The position numbers and the translations under genes are program-made. Below, in pieces: positions 31,499 to 32,000 of a stretch of 32,000 bases of DNA. The notes beneath the pieces were generated by a model. The model was not told the DNA's origin. It ran no database searches and worked only from the letters and a program-made list of their open reading frames with translations. The stretch's first letter is position 1. Every line of letters starts with the position of its first letter. Location of the stretch: NCBI GenBank assembly GCA_016278485.1, contig JADQBT010000002.1, positions 386,570 to 418,569 of the forward strand. Direction: 5' to 3'. This DNA comes from Halanaerobiales bacterium. GTDB lineage: Bacteria; Bacillota; Halanaerobiia; Halanaerobiales; Halanaerobiaceae.

Positions 31499-32000
31499 CT
31501 TTCTTCCTCCTGACACTCAAAGCAACCCCATCATCAATCGCTAATACCACACTAATCAATTCAGGATTATTTTTCACCTTTGAGATATATTTCCTTAGAT
31601 TTTTAACAATTGTTCTAATACTATGTTTAACTTTCTGCTCAGAAAGTACTTTACCCCTAAACAAAACATTATCAGCAAAAATCACTCCACCTGGTAGTAA
31701 GAGATCAAGTACATAATCCAGATAATAAACATACTGACCTTTAGCAGCATCCATGAATACGAAATCAAAATCTCTCCTCAGATAGGAAAGAATATCAATC
31801 GCATCACCAATTTTTAAGCTGATTTTATCATCCATCCCAAAATTTGCAAAATTTTGCGCCGCCTCTTTAGCCATCTTTTCATCAATCTCAATAGTAACAA
31901 TTTCAGTAGTCTCATCAAGATTAAGAGCCATTAGCAGAGCAGAAAAACCAACTCCCGTACCTATCTCTAATATCCGCTTTGGTTGCTTTATCTGTAACTG
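31488..32000 (-). CDS. class I SAM-dependent O-methyltransferase, family 3 (TrmR/YrrM-like); N-terminus beyond the window end
   Basis: The frame is open up to position 32000. My translation of 31932-32000 gives QLQIKQPKRILEIGTGVGFSALLMA, which is SAM-binding motif I. Further motifs are FDFVFMDAAKGQY and GGVIFADNVLFRG. Confidence 0.8.
   Translation of the reverse strand, partial: QLQIKQPKRILEIGTGVGFSALLMALNLDETTEIVTIEIDEKMAKEAAQNFANFGMDDKISLKIGDAIDILSYLRRDFDFVFMDAAKGQYVYYLDYVLDLLLPGGVIFADNVLFRGKVLSEQKVKHSIRTIVKNLRKYISKVKNNPELISVVLAIDDGVALSVRRKKDET

Noticed and set aside
1-32000. I looked for CRISPR arrays, tRNA or rRNA genes, IS elements and long tandem repeats.
   Set aside because: Reading by eye, I saw no regularly spaced direct repeats, no cloverleaf-compatible GC-rich segments in the short intergenic regions, and no transposase or integrase-like ORFs. 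The intergenic space is almost fully accounted for by RBSs, hairpins and promoters.

Overview
The window is AT-rich and Firmicutes-like, and every protein gene except one (abrB-like) lies on the minus strand. The core (4192-25240) holds two tandem, co-directional type IV filament gene clusters. Cluster A (13144-25240) encodes PilB, PilT, PilC, a major pilin, prepilin peptidase, a 430-aa PilX_N-anchored protein, two minor pilins, PilM/N/O/P-like proteins, a 587-aa secretin and a 46-aa ORF, and it ends at a strong terminator. Cluster B (4192-12983) encodes a PilB/GspE-like ATPase, a short ComGB-sized platform protein, a major pilin, four minor (pseudo)pilins, PilM/N/O/P-like proteins and a 439-aa secretin; it has no PilT and no peptidase of its own. 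Both clusters sit inside shikimate-pathway genes: aroE lies upstream, and aroC, an O-antigen-ligase-like (Wzy_C) membrane protein, aroK and aroB lie downstream. The right flank carries Crp/Fnr-family, Fur-family and AbrB-type regulators, a SleB-like cortex hydrolase, a YqeG-type HAD phosphatase, an uninterrupted pro-sigma-K, a DUF4911-like small protein, a U32 peptidase (TrhP/YrrO-like) and an O-methyltransferase (TrmR/YrrM-like, open at the window end). I found no rRNA, tRNA, CRISPR array, transposase or integrase. Secretins together with sporulation genes suggest a diderm spore-forming Firmicute such as Halanaerobiales; this is inference only and I cannot verify it. The most interesting candidate is cluster B, a ComG/T2SS-like front half joined to a PilMNOP-secretin back half. 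Also notable are possible C-terminal pilin O-glycosylation, c-di-GMP-binding MshEN motifs in both assembly ATPases and a shared C-terminal tail motif on both secretins. All family calls rest on motifs I read in the translations; no database search was run.
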